Shown here: one piece after another, positions 49,941-61,776 of the stretch | Position numbering within the stretch: the stretch's first letter is position 1 | Layout of the letters: every line of letters starts with the position of its first letter | Origin: Paragordius varius | Lineage: Eukaryota > Animalia > Nematomorpha | Length of the DNA: 64,000 bases | Direction: 5' to 3' | Assembly: GCA_964247055.1 (NCBI GenBank) | Contig: OZ176058.1 | Coordinates: forward strand, 2,976,001 to 3,040,000 | Translations under genes and position numbers: made by a program | Notes under the pieces: model-generated | The model's database searches: none | Told to the model about the DNA's origin: nothing | Seen by the model: only the letters and a program-made list of their open reading frames with translations

Positions 49941-50633
49941 TTATTGCAAAAATTAAAAAAAATATTAAGAAAATTGTTTTTATTTGGCTGGTTTGTCGTT
50001 TACTATGTCCAATATTAACTATTTATTAAGTATGCATATGAAGTTTTTATTTTTTTTTTGTATATTTTCAAAGTAATTGTGGTCAGAATCTATAAATAAT
50101 TGTATTATTTTTAATTTAGATTCACTGTAAAGGTTTAGATTGACTTTTGCTATGTCCTTCTTAGCTGTATCTATCTATCGCGTTTAAAAACGCCTTTTAC
50201 TCTTACCTTTTACAATATAATCAATCTTTTATAATAATCATTTTATCTGCTATCAAATCTAGAAATAAACATATGTTTTGTTATAATACTAGAAAACAAC
50301 GTTTTTTATACCTTTAAAATGAAATAAAACAAATTATCAAGACTTACACCAATTAATTAAGAATATTTTGAATGCTGGACATTGCAATTTATACATTGAT
50401 GGAATAAATTTTTACCTATTTTTTGGCTTAAATTTTAATAATACATAAATGTTATTAAAAAAAGGTAAATGTAACGATTAATTAGCGCTAAGTATGAATA
50501 TGAGAATATACAATATTGTTGGGATTAATGTTCATGATTTTAGTTTTTACTGTATTTTTAAATTTGTTTTAAACTTATATTAAAGGGCTTAATTTATGTT
50601 TTGAAACCAAAGATAATATTTTTCTATATTGTT

Positions 50634-51618
50634 TGTAGCGTATGCAGTAAAAGATTGTTAGTGCAAAATAAGCTAAAAAACACTTTTTTATTAAAAACAG
50701 GAGGATATTATGGATAGTGTATACAAAATCAGGGAACAATCTTAATGCGGATATGGTTAAATTGCAATAAAAAATTGTAGAAATATTAGTGACACTTAAT
50801 TTTGATTTCTTATATAAAAATGTAAAATTTTTATTTCATAGTAGAACATTTGTGATTTAATTATGGAACTGTATACAAATACAAATTATACAAGATCCTT
50901 ATTTAAATTATTACTTGCTTTTCTCGATCTATTCAAAACTGAATATGCTTGAGGTAAAAAATTAAAGGATTTTCAAAATTTGGGGTTTTCTAGTTAAAAA
51001 TAAATTACAAAAGTTTGTGCAACAATAAAAACCATATATTATAATAATTATCTATTTATTAATACTATTGTGAAATAGGTATATTTAAAATAATTTTAAT
51101 GCAACATGTTAAATAATATTTAATATATTTCGATGTGTATTTCATTAAATAAATGTTTTTTCTGTAACGCAACCTCTGTCAAAATCTTGTGTGATTTTTT
51201 GTACTGCTTTCTAATTGACTGGTAAATATATAAACGGCACAAAAATATAAAACTACAAATAACCCCAAATTTTGAAAATCCTTTAATTTATCACCTCACG
51301 CATATTCAGTTTTAAATAGATCGAGAAAAGCAAGTAATAATTTAAATAAAGATCTTGTATAATTTGTATTTGTATACAGTTCTTTAAATTAAATCACGAA
51401 TGTTCTACCATGAAATAAAAATTTTACATTTATAATAAATCTAAGAATTATGTTTTTTTATTTTTACAATTTTTTATCGCAATTTTAAAAAAATTAAATG
51501 CGCACCAAGATTATCCCCTGATTTTGTATACACTATCCATAATATCTCCCTGTTTTTTTCAAAAAAAGTGTTTTTTAGATTGTTTTGCACTAACAATCTT
51601 TTACTGCACTCTACAGTG
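50634..51618. mobile_element. Long-TIR MITE / foldback-like element of about 980 bp
   Basis: Arms about 50634-50995 and 51253-51618 are reverse complements (e.g. TGGATAGTGTATACAAAATCAGGG / CCCTGATTTTGTATACACTATCCA). Confidence 0.8.
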
Positions 51619-52497
51619 AAGTAAAGCGTTTAAATGCAGAAACTCAGTTTTTAGAATGTTGAGGAAGTTTTGTAAATATTCATAAATTTAAGGAGTGTTG
51701 TCCAAAAATGTATACTTTTGCGCAGAGGTTTTAAAATATAAACCGTTCAAAATGAGATGGAAAATTAATTGCATTTAAGAAAGATGTGTATAGTTTAAAA
51801 AATTTACAAATCCTAATATTGCGATGTTAATTATTAATAAAACTGTTGGAAATCGAAACTTAAACCAATGACCAAAAACAACAGAAGGTAAAACAAAATT
51901 TGATAAAAAAATTAACCTGACAAATATGTAAATTTTATTCCGAGCCTAGAAAATCTTCTATATGGACAAATATAATTTAGATTATCAGACACGTTTAAAG
52001 GAAACCGTCTAAAATAAAATAAACAGGGCATGGACCAAATTTGGAACCCGTTCCAACACGGTTCTTACAATTTTAACTAATCTACGACTCCATCAAAAGT
52101 AATTTCATTATTTATGTAACGCCTAAATTTTAGAGATATGATTTGCCAATTAAACATTTGTTTAATCCGTTAGGTAGCTAAAATGGAGAAATAAAATAAT
52201 ATCTTATAAAGCTTCTATCTCGGTCCGAACTGGTTTTTTATGCAAAGCGTGAGATGTGCAAAAACGATTACAAACAACGCCTTATTTAAATTTTTATTTT
52301 ATTAAAAAAAATTAATTATGGTTTTACTTAAATTTATTAATAAAGCTTATTACAATAATCTAATAATCTACAAACTTATGACGATTAATAGATAGAAAAT
52401 TACACTCCTTAAAGATACCTGACTTTTTTTAGCCTAATTTCGTGCTATAATATATATAAAATACATATTGTTCATATCAATATTATATTATATAAAG
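51619..52497 (+). repeat. Repeat Y-X, direct copy of 60908-61770
   Basis: GTAAAGCGT(T/C)TAAATGCA...GGAGTGTTGTCCAAAAATGTATACTTTTGCGCA... collinear for about 850 bp. Confidence 0.85.
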
Positions 52498-52498
52498 A

Positions 52499-52922
52499 CT
52501 AGCGTAAATCTCGTGCTGCTACGCAGTCCGAGGAAGTCCTTCGGACTTCTGGGGAAGGGGGGAATGGCATTTTACGGGGGGGAGCGGGTAAAAAGTGGGA
52601 CTAAATTAAAAAAGCGAGACGACTATGTTCGGCGCAATCGAAAATAAGTAAACAAAAATCATATTTGAAATTGAATGGTCCAACACGTTCTCCGGAAAAT
52701 TGTCTCAAAGACAGGATTTTTGTGGACTTCTGTTTTCAAAAAAAACCCGTTTTTCACACGGAATGGGCCCGAACTGGGGGCCTATTTCAAAAAAAGGGCG
52801 AAGCTATTGTCGGGGCATTCATTAATGATTATATTTTTTCAAAGTTTGGATTTGAATGGGTCTACAGGTTTTCCTGTACCAGATCACAAAGCCAGCATTT
52901 TCCATTTTTATAAATATATAGA
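52499..52922 (-). mobile_element. Complete 424-bp non-autonomous Helitron (family H)
   Basis: On the minus strand A|TC...CTAG|T; subterminal hairpins GTCCGA..TCGGAC and CTGC-GTA-GCAG; no TSD. Confidence 0.88.
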
Positions 52923-53229
52923 TTATAATTTCAAAATTTCAATAGAAATATATTTTAAGGTATTCTTGATCTATTTTCTCTAATGTAATATATTTACAGT
53001 TTTAACTATGCATTTTAATATCCATAAGATAAGATAATTTTTATAATAATAATAGCAAGCCAAAACTTTTTCACTTTTTTAATTTTATATTAATGTTATA
53101 ACCCTATAATTTATATGATTTTTAAATCAATTTGTCTAAAGCCAAACTTTTATATCAGATCTGTGTTAATAATTATCTAATAATTATCTTTCATTAATTT
53201 TCTATTTAATTTTTGATTATTATTATATT

Positions 53230-53690
53230 ATGAATTTTACAACTGTTATTACAAAACATAATCACTTCGTCATTTACCATTACTACCATTAAAAAGATTC
53301 AGTCTTTTGCACTCTTTCGATGATATAAAATATTTGAGTTATATTTGTGTTATTTGCGTGTTTTAGCTTTCTTTGCGGTTTGGCCTATATAAACCCTACC
53401 ACACTTGCATGCTTTATACACCCCTGAAAAATTAATTTTTATTTTTTAATATTTGATAATAAAAGTTTTTTGAGACCTGGTTTAAACCCTACTTCAATGT
53501 CAAATTGCTTTAAAATGTGAGCAATGCGATCCGTGATATTTTGTACATACGGTAGTGAAATAAAAAAAACTTGGTGCTTTTTCTGGTGTTATTTGATGAT
53601 AAAACTGCTCGATTGATATCGTTTGCAGAATATCCATTTATTAAAAGGTTTTAGCAAGATCTGATAATATTTTTATTTGCATTATCTGTT
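53230..53690 (-). mobile_element. Penelope-like fragment (linker plus GIY-YIG), same family as 44500-44950
   Basis: ACCGTATGTACAAAATATCACGGATCGCATT and GGTGTATAAAG...GTGTGGTAGGGTTTATAT shared. Confidence 0.85.
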
Positions 53691-54459
53691 AATTTAGGCC
53701 GGCAAAAAATTTGATTTTTTAAAACAGTCTTTTTTATAGAGAGTTGTGGTAAGAACTTTTATGTATATAGGGTATTGGAATAAATGGGTTTTTGGTAAAA
53801 ACTGTAAGACAATGTTTTGTCATTCCGGGTATGTACATCTAAAAATGGTAACGATCGGTTAGCCGTAAATCTGACGATTGGAATTTATATAATCTAAAAA
53901 AAGAGATCAGTTTTTGTATGTGGCCTGATAAACATATCATCCATATACCGGGTTTAAAATTTTGATTTTAAAAAATAATTTAGTATAAATTGATTGCTAA
54001 ATCTCTCTATAAAACAATTAACTAGTGCATGAAATCATGTGATTAAAAGCGGCAAGACATTTAAAGAGAGTATTATTTTACATTATTATATACTATAAAT
54101 ATATTAAAAATATGTTTCTTTTTAGTAATTATTAATCTTTAGTTTTTTTATTTGTATGCTAATTATGTAATTTAAATAAGTCATTAAAATTATTGTTATT
54201 CATATTATCTCTTTTTTTTCTACTCCTTGGTGCCTAATTATTTTATTTTTACTAGCCTAGCCATAATTTCTTTATATTTTTCTTTTATGATTGCTAGACA
54301 GAGTGGAATGTTAATATTTATAATTTATCCATAACAACATTTATAAAGATTACTCTTTAATTTTATTTATTATTCTAGATATTTATTATTTTTGTAAAAA
54401 GGGTAAGTGTCGTTTATAACTGCCAAAAAATAGTTTTACATCTTAACGCGACTTTTTAA

Positions 54460-55620
54460 AGTTGGATGCTGGAACGTACGTTCCTTAACAGACACTAAAC
54501 ATGTGATAATTGAAAAGGAAATGGAAGGATTGAACTTAGATATACTGGGTCTAACGGAAATCAAGCAAAAAGGCAGCGCAAAAATATACATTGTTAAGAT
54601 CGGGGAGAGAGGACCAGAAATCCGAAGGCGTTGCAGTATTAATAAAAAACAAATTAAATAAAAGTCTCATTAGTTATACACCATATACACCCAGAATCAT
54701 GAGTATTAGGCTGAATGCCAAGCCACGCTCCTACATCAAACGCTCCCAAAGAAGACATAGAGGATTTTTATGCAGTTGCAAATAGTTTTGGATGAAACGA
54801 AGAAAGGAGATATGATTATTATAGGAGGGGATTGGAACAGCATTGGTAGAGGTAGAGTAGATCAAATAGTCGGGCCATATGGATTGGGAGAACAAAACAA
54901 GGCCGGGGAAGCACTGATCAATTTTTGTCAAAAAAATGAGATGATGATAACCAACACATGGTTTCCACAACACAATATGAGGTTATACACATGGACATCT
55001 CCATGTGTTAAATAGAAGAACCAAATTGATTACATAATATGTCCTCAAAAATGAAAAAGCTCTATAATCGATACCAAAACAAGCAAAAGCAGCGATTGCT
55101 CTAGCGATCATGAGCTTTTAGTAACCAAAATCAAACTTAAAATAATTAAAAATAAGGTTAAACAGATATACAGATATGACACTCGGAACATTCCAAATAG
55201 TTTTAGAACAGAAACAAAAGATAGATTAGAAAGATTGGACAATGAATGTAGCTCAGAACAATTATGAAGAACGATAAAAAATGTTGTTAATGAAGTGGCA
55301 AAAGAAAAAGTGCAGAGAGTAAAGAGGAAAGATAACAAATGGATATCAGAAAAGAGTTTTGAGATAGCAGAAAAGAGGAGAAAAGCTAAATCAAGAGGAT
55401 AAAATGGTAAAATTATATAACAAAGAATTTCTACAAGAAACAAGGAAGGATTATGAAGATTTTTTTAATAAACAATGTCTGTAAGTGGAATTAAATAACA
55501 AAAAAGGATTAATGCAACCAATGTTCCAGAAACTGAAGCAAATGACTCATAAACCTTTTATATCATCCCAAAAGATTAAAAAAGAGAATGGCACTATATT
55601 GTGCAAACAAACAGAAGTAC
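54460..55620 (+). mobile_element. RTE/BovB-like LINE, 5' half (APE endonuclease), decayed
   Basis: GCWNVRSL, LDILGLTE, GVAVLI, IIGGDWN, TNTWF...YTWTSP, NQIDYI, SDHELL. Confidence 0.85.
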
Positions 55621-55736
55621 GTATCATGATTCATATAAAGTCATGTAGACTTTATTTTATCAAAAATTTACTTTTTTTCGTTAAATGAGTATTAATATTT
55701 GGTAAAGAATATAAAAACAAGAGCTATATGGTATTA

Positions 55737-56759
55737 CAGTCATGTAGACTTTATTTTGTTAAAGATTTACTTTTTTTCGTTAATTGGGTATTAATATTTG
55801 GTAAAGAATATAAAAACAAGAGCAATATGGTATTACCATATCATATTCTTTAAAAAAGTAAAAAATGAAGGGGAAGGGCGTCGGAAATCTTTGGTAAAAA
55901 ATAAAAATACACCAACTACTAACCCTTCACTTAAAATTATTGTATAAAAGGGTTAGAAAAATCGTAATTTTTATCTCAATTATAATTTTTTTTGTTTTGA
56001 TATGGGAACGATAAAAGGGATTTTTACGATAGATGCTTATACATAAAAATCTATATTTAAGAGGTCAATTTGTTTTGTTTAACACTTGGATACAACACAT
56101 TCATTTAAGCTAAAACCAAAAGGTAAAAATTTAGTGAATGTGACATGTATGCAATGGTAAAATTGAAAAAGAATACAAAATAAATCGCTTTTTCTATTTC
56201 TATCAAGGTTAGATGTGATTTAAATAAAAGATTATCTCTAATTTTACCCTTAACACTAAATGAAGACGACATTTTGCAAATATTTTGTAAAATAAAAATG
56301 GCGTCGAAGTTGTTTGACATGGAACTTTTTTTTCAAAACAAAATTTTATTTAGATATTTTGGCATATTTATATAATTTTTATTAGGAAAGAAGCATAAAT
56401 TTAAAATGGGATCGTTTCTTTCATTAGTTTTTTAAAAATCCTAACTCAAATTTAGTCCGGGGTATATTTAGATACCCCAATTCGAATCTAGGTGTTAAAT
56501 AAAAATTTTATCAAAAAAATTTATATATATAATTTTGCAAAAAATTAACAAAAATATCACCATTCCCCTTTAAATAATATTTAAGATTTTCATTTTTTAC
56601 CAAAGATTTCTGACGCCCTTCCCCCACACTTCTTTTAATTTTTTAAAGAATATGATATGGTAATACCATATTGCTCTTGTTTTTATATTCTTTACCAAAT
56701 ATTAATACCCAATTAACGAAAAAAAGTAAATCTTTAACAAAATAAAGTCTACATGACTG
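55737..56759. mobile_element. Tc1/mariner-type composite MITE (inner copy, inverted, TA duplication)
   Basis: TA|CAGTCATGTAGAC ... GTCTACATGACTG|TA splits the host's GGTATTA/CCATATC. Confidence 0.85.
56079..56498 (-). mobile_element. M1 (internally deleted) inside the inner composite
   Basis: Both M1 termini with TTAA; about 170-bp deletion near the long-spacer end. Confidence 0.82.
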
Positions 56760-56922
56760 TACCATATCATATTCTCTAAAAAAATAAAAGAAGTGTGGGG
56801 GAAGGGCGTCGGAAATCTTTGGTAAAAAATGAAAATCTTAAAATATTGTTAAAGGGGAATGGTATTATTTTTGTTAAGTTTTTAGCAAAATTTTAATTAA
56901 TTTTTTTTGATAAAATTTTTAT

Positions 56923-57400
56923 TTAACATCTAGATTCAAATTGTGGTGTCCAAATATACCCCAGACTAAATTTAAGTAGGTATTTTTAATAAACTAGTGA
57001 AAGAAACGGTCCCAATTTAAATTTATGATTCTTTTTTAAAAATTATATAAATATGCCAGAATATCTAAATAAAATTTTGTTTTGAAATAAAGTTACGTGT
57101 CAAACAGCGACGCCATTTTTATTTTACAAAATATTTGCAAAAGTCGTCTTCATTTAGTTTTAAAAATTAAAGTTATTTAAATTACATCTTACATTGATAG
57201 AAATAGATAAAGCGGTTTATCTGTATTATTTTTTTAATTTTGCCATTGCACACATGTCACGTTGACTAAATTTTTACCTTTTGGTTTTAGCTTAAAATAA
57301 GTAATATCAAGTATTTTTAAATATTTTTTATATATTTCTGTTTGTTAATGTTATATAAGTGCAAAATTTTACAATGGTTTGATATATTTTTTAAAAAATT
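56923..57400 (+). mobile_element. M1 (right end lost) inside the outer composite
   Basis: TTAACATCTAGATTCAAATTG left end. Confidence 0.8.
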
Positions 57401-57737
57401 TAATTTTATGATTATTTAATATAATATCTTTTAAAATCGTTCCCATATCAAAACAAAAAAATTATAATTGAGATAAAAATTACGATTTTCCTAACCCTTT
57501 TATATAATAATTTTAAATGAAGGGTTAGTAGTTAATGTATTTTCATTTTTTACCAAAGATTTCAGACACCCTTCCCCCACACTTTTTTTTACTTTTTTAA
57601 AGAATATGATATGGTAATACCATATAGCTCTTGTTTTTATATTCTTTACCAAATATTAATAAAAAAGTAAATTTTCGATAAAATAAAGTCTACATGACTG
57701 TAATCATGTACAATAGATAATAAATAAATTTGCATGT

Positions 57738-58325
57738 TTAACACTTGGATACAACACATCCATTTTAGTCCTTCGATTCAAATTGGGGTAGTTAAATACC
57801 CCAGGCCGGTTAAAAATTAAATTCTTAAAAAATATAGAAGGAATCGAAACCATGGCAAAATCTTGCATTTATATAACATTAATAAACCGAAATATATAAA
57901 AAATTTTATTCAAAAATACTATATATTACTTATTTTGAGCTAAAACCGAAAGGTAAAATTTTTTTCAACGTGACATGTGTGTAATGGTAAAATTGAAAAA
58001 TAATGCAAAATAAATCGCGTTTTCTATTTCGATCAATGCTAAATGTAATATAAATAAAAATTAGCTTTAGTTTTACCCTTAAAATTAAATGGAGACGATA
58101 TTTTGCAAAAATTTTGTAAAATAAAAATGGCGGCGAAGTAGTTTGACATGCAACTTTTTTTTCATTACAAAATTTTATTTAGATATTTTGGCATATTTAT
58201 ATAATTCTTATTAGGATAGAAGCATAAATTTAAATTGGGACCGTTTCCTTCAATAGTTTTATAAAAATCCTAGCTCAAATTTTGTCTGGGGCATTTAGAT
58301 ACCCCAATTTAAATCGAAGTGTTAA
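57738..58325 (-). mobile_element. piggyBac-type MITE M1, complete
   Basis: Both termini with TTAA flanks. Confidence 0.87.
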
Positions 58326-58369
58326 AAGTAATTCTTATTTATAAATAATATATATTAAATTAATATTAT

Positions 58370-58540
58370 ATATTTATTATTTTATTGATTATTTTATAAA
58401 TATACTTAATTTAATCCTAAAATTAAGATTTACATTCTTTAATTAATATTAACATATATTTATTATTTTATTAATTATACTATAAATATACTAATTTATT
58501 CCTAAAATTAATATTTACTTTTTTTAATTAATATTAACAG
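58370..58540. repeat. AT-rich tandem duplication of about 85 bp
   Basis: TATATTTATTATTTTATT...TAAATATACT...TCCTAAAATTAA...TTAATTAATATTAACA occurs twice. Confidence 0.6.
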
Positions 58541-58929
58541 TAAATTTTTCCATTTTGTTATGTATAAAAAATGGTATGGTGCCTGCACGTCTCTTAATAT
58601 TTCATTGTTTTGAAACGCTATTTTTTTGGAGCTAAGTTTCGTTTTTTTTAAATAAATCAAAAAGTAGTAGAGACTTTTAAAAATTTTTAAATGTTACGAA
58701 TTTTAAAATATAATTTGTAATATCCTCCAAAAAATAAATAATAAGCTATAAAATTCAAAATATTATAGGGTTACAAAAACAGGCATTTTTGATGGTTTTT
58801 GGATTTTTAAAACCTCTTAGCGGCTGGCGAAAAAGAGCTAAGAAAATATTAAATATATCATTATTTTCAAAAAAAAAATTCTCTATAAGATGTCGTAATT
58901 TTCACTCTGGTCTAAAAATCGTGTTGCAC

Positions 58930-59540
58930 AGTGTTATTATAGAAGGAGTAGAAATAGAAGTAGTTGAACAGTTAACGTTTTTGGGCGCAAAATTTTCAGA
59001 GGATGGGTCTTCAACTCCTGACATCAGAGAGAGAATAGGATTGGGTAGAGAAGCGATGACCGAATTAATAAATTAGAAAAACAAAAGCGTATGAGTTGAA
59101 ACCAAAAAAAGATTACTCTACTGTTTCGTTCTCCCGGTCACCTCATATGGATGTGAGAGTTGGACGAAAAATGGACAAAGAAAGGCTCATGGCTTTTGAA
59201 AGGAGCTGCTGGCGTAGGATGCTAGGATACACCTGGAAGGATAAAATTAAGAATGGAAATCTAATTTCAGAAATAAAACCTAAAACAACCATCCAGGAGA
59301 TAATTCTAAAAATAAAGTTAACATATTTTGGTCATGTCATGCGATCGAATTCTCTGGAGAAAGATACAATGTTTGGGAAGGTAGAAGGGCAAAGGAAACG
59401 AGGCCGACCACCGATGAGGTGGTTAAAAGAAGAGACCAAAATGACATTAAACGAGCTCAATATAGCGGTTAAAAATAGAAAAAATGGAAAGAAATAGTTA
59501 AAATTGTATCCAAAAAGTCGTTTACGACTTAGGAAAAAAC
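58930..59540 (+). mobile_element. RTE/BovB-like LINE, 3' end
   Basis: EVVEQLTFLGA...DIRERIGLG, SYGCESW, FERSCWRRML, YFGHVMR...EGQRKRGRP..RW. Confidence 0.85.
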
Positions 59541-59589
59541 CACCAAACCAGAATAGGGGAAATCGAGGAACCTATCGGTCGTCCTTCTG

Positions 59590-60900
59590 CAAATTAAAAT
59601 ATCATTGAATTTCGAAAAATTATTATTAATACAAATGTCAATCAAAGAAATATATTAGGTTACCTCTTTAAGTGCACTAGTAAAGAGGCTTTTTACATCA
59701 AAACTTATTAATAAATTGGTCTATAAATTCAAACGATTTTTTTATTTTCTTGAAAAAGGGTTGTAAATATTCGAATAAATTTTGTGCGAAACCATATTGG
59801 TGGAAAGAATTGGACTCAGTGGAACCTCTGTATGCGTCTTTGGGACTATACTGGGATTAATAGATTGAGGAATTAACAAATTATGTAAATGTGACGGGAA
59901 GGGAGAATATTTTATAATTTTTTTAACATTTACGTGTAATGTGTTAAAAGGCATCGTGTGATCTTTTTATATTTGGATGTATCTTCTAATATATGTTGCA
60001 TTTTTGGATAATAGTATAAAAAGTTTGTTATAACTACTTGATTTCCTTTGTCTAAGTTTGAAATAAAAATGTCATATTATTTTTCACATCTTTAAATGCT
60101 AGATATAAGTGATCTGTTTGATTGCCTTCAAACAACCATTTTATCCATACTATTTTATATTATTTTAACACTGAGGACGACATAAGTTATAGTGTCCGAA
60201 ACCGTACGCAAATTTTATTTATTCAATTACACGTTTTTAAATAAATTTTCATTTTTTTATTTTTATTATGTTGTTATCAAATAATGGCGTTTTTCGCCAA
60301 AATATTAGGAAATTACCTTTATGAAATAAATTTAAAATTTACGAAAATAGTTAAAAAAGTCAAAATGTTGTTTAGCATAATTACTTTCTTTTAGATAAAA
60401 ATTTAACGTCAAAGTGCCTTTTGCTTTGAGTCTTATAGGTCAGGATGCTCAAATATGATTAATCTTTATCATTATAATTTTTGGTTAGCATTATTCTTAT
60501 GATAAATCCTAACATATAAAATTTAGACGCATTTTCTTCTACTGTATTAAGTTTTATTGACCTATTTGTGTGATAAAAATGCGATTTTTCAATTTACGCT
60601 AGTACAAAAAATTTAAAATACAATGTGCATTTTAATGCTTTGTACCTTACAGTTGGGGAATTTGCTACGACATTTATTGTTCGATTGATATATTAATCAT
60701 ACATATTGATTTCTGATTCCTATATTTTCTGCTGTGCCTTTGTAAATATTCGTTTTTTACATAGTCAAAATCCTTATTGTCGGAAAGCAAAAAATAGAGG
60801 GCGCTTATAAGACAAATTTAAATTTAATTTTACTTATAAATTTTTGATATTCTAAAAAAAATAGTTAAATATATAATTTTTAAGTTTTTAAATAACTTAA
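59590..60900 (-). mobile_element. Penelope-like 5' RT fragment (59590-60164) with inverted upstream arm (60165-60900)
   Basis: DKGNQVVI, PKTHTEVPLSPILS, SFEFIDQ and SFDVKSLFTS motifs on the minus strand. Confidence 0.8.
60164..60212 (+). ncRNA. Candidate minimal type-I hammerhead ribozyme core (possibly degenerate)
   Basis: CTGAGGA-C-GACA(loop)TGTC-C-GAAAC-C-GTA; stem I imperfect. Confidence 0.4.
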
Positions 60901-60907
60901 CCATAAA

Positions 60908-61776
60908 GTAAAGCGTCTAAATGCAAAAAACAGTTTTTAGAACGTTCAGGAAGTTTTGTAAATATTCATAAATTTAAGGAGTGTTGTCCAAAAATGTATA
61001 CTTTTGCGCATAGGTTTTAAATGATAAACCGTTCGGTAAATGAGATGGAAAAATTAATTGTTAAGTTAATAGTAACACTCAAAGATGGGTACAGTTTAAA
61101 AAAACTTTTCATAAAACCAAATATTTCGATGTTAATTATTGAGCTGTTGCAAATCGAATCTGGAACCAATGACCAAAAACAATAGAAAGTAAAACGAAAT
61201 TTGATAAAAAAATTAACCTGACAAATACGTTAATTGTTGTATTCCTAGCTAAGAAATTCATCTATATGGACAAATATAATTTAGATTATCAGACACGTTT
61301 AAAGGAAAGCGTCTAAAATAAAATAAACAGGACATGGACCAAATTTAAACCCGTCCAACACGGTTCTTACAATTTTAACTTATCGAACAACGGCTCCGCC
61401 CTAATGTAAACTAATATAATAATCCCATTATTTATAGGAGTATAAAAAGTGATAACGCTTAATTTTAGTGATATAATTTGCTAATTAAACATTTGATTAA
61501 TCCGTTCGGTAGCTAAAATGGAGAAATAAAATAATTTATCTTATAAAGCCTCAAAAAATTAATTCTTATTTTACTTTAATTTATTAATAAATACAATAAT
61601 CTAATTATCTACAAAGCTTTGGCCATTTATAGATAATAAATTATTTTCTTTAGAAATAGCTGATTTGACCCTAATTAGCAAGAATATGTATAAAATAATT
61701 ATTGTTTAATTTATATTATAATTTTTTTCTAAAAAATCGTTTGATGGAGTCAAAAAAATGTTATCAGATTGCCAAA
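60908..61776 (+). repeat. Repeat Y-X (X continues at 63174-63680 after the Helitron)
   Basis: Collinear with 51619-52497 and 46340-46860. Confidence 0.85.

Larger units (their letters stand above)
55638..57700. mobile_element. Tc1/mariner-type composite MITE (outer copy)
   Basis: TA|(A)AGTCATGTAGACTTTATTTT ... AAAATAAAGTCTACATGACTG|TA; contains an M1 copy and an inverted sister copy. Confidence 0.8.
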
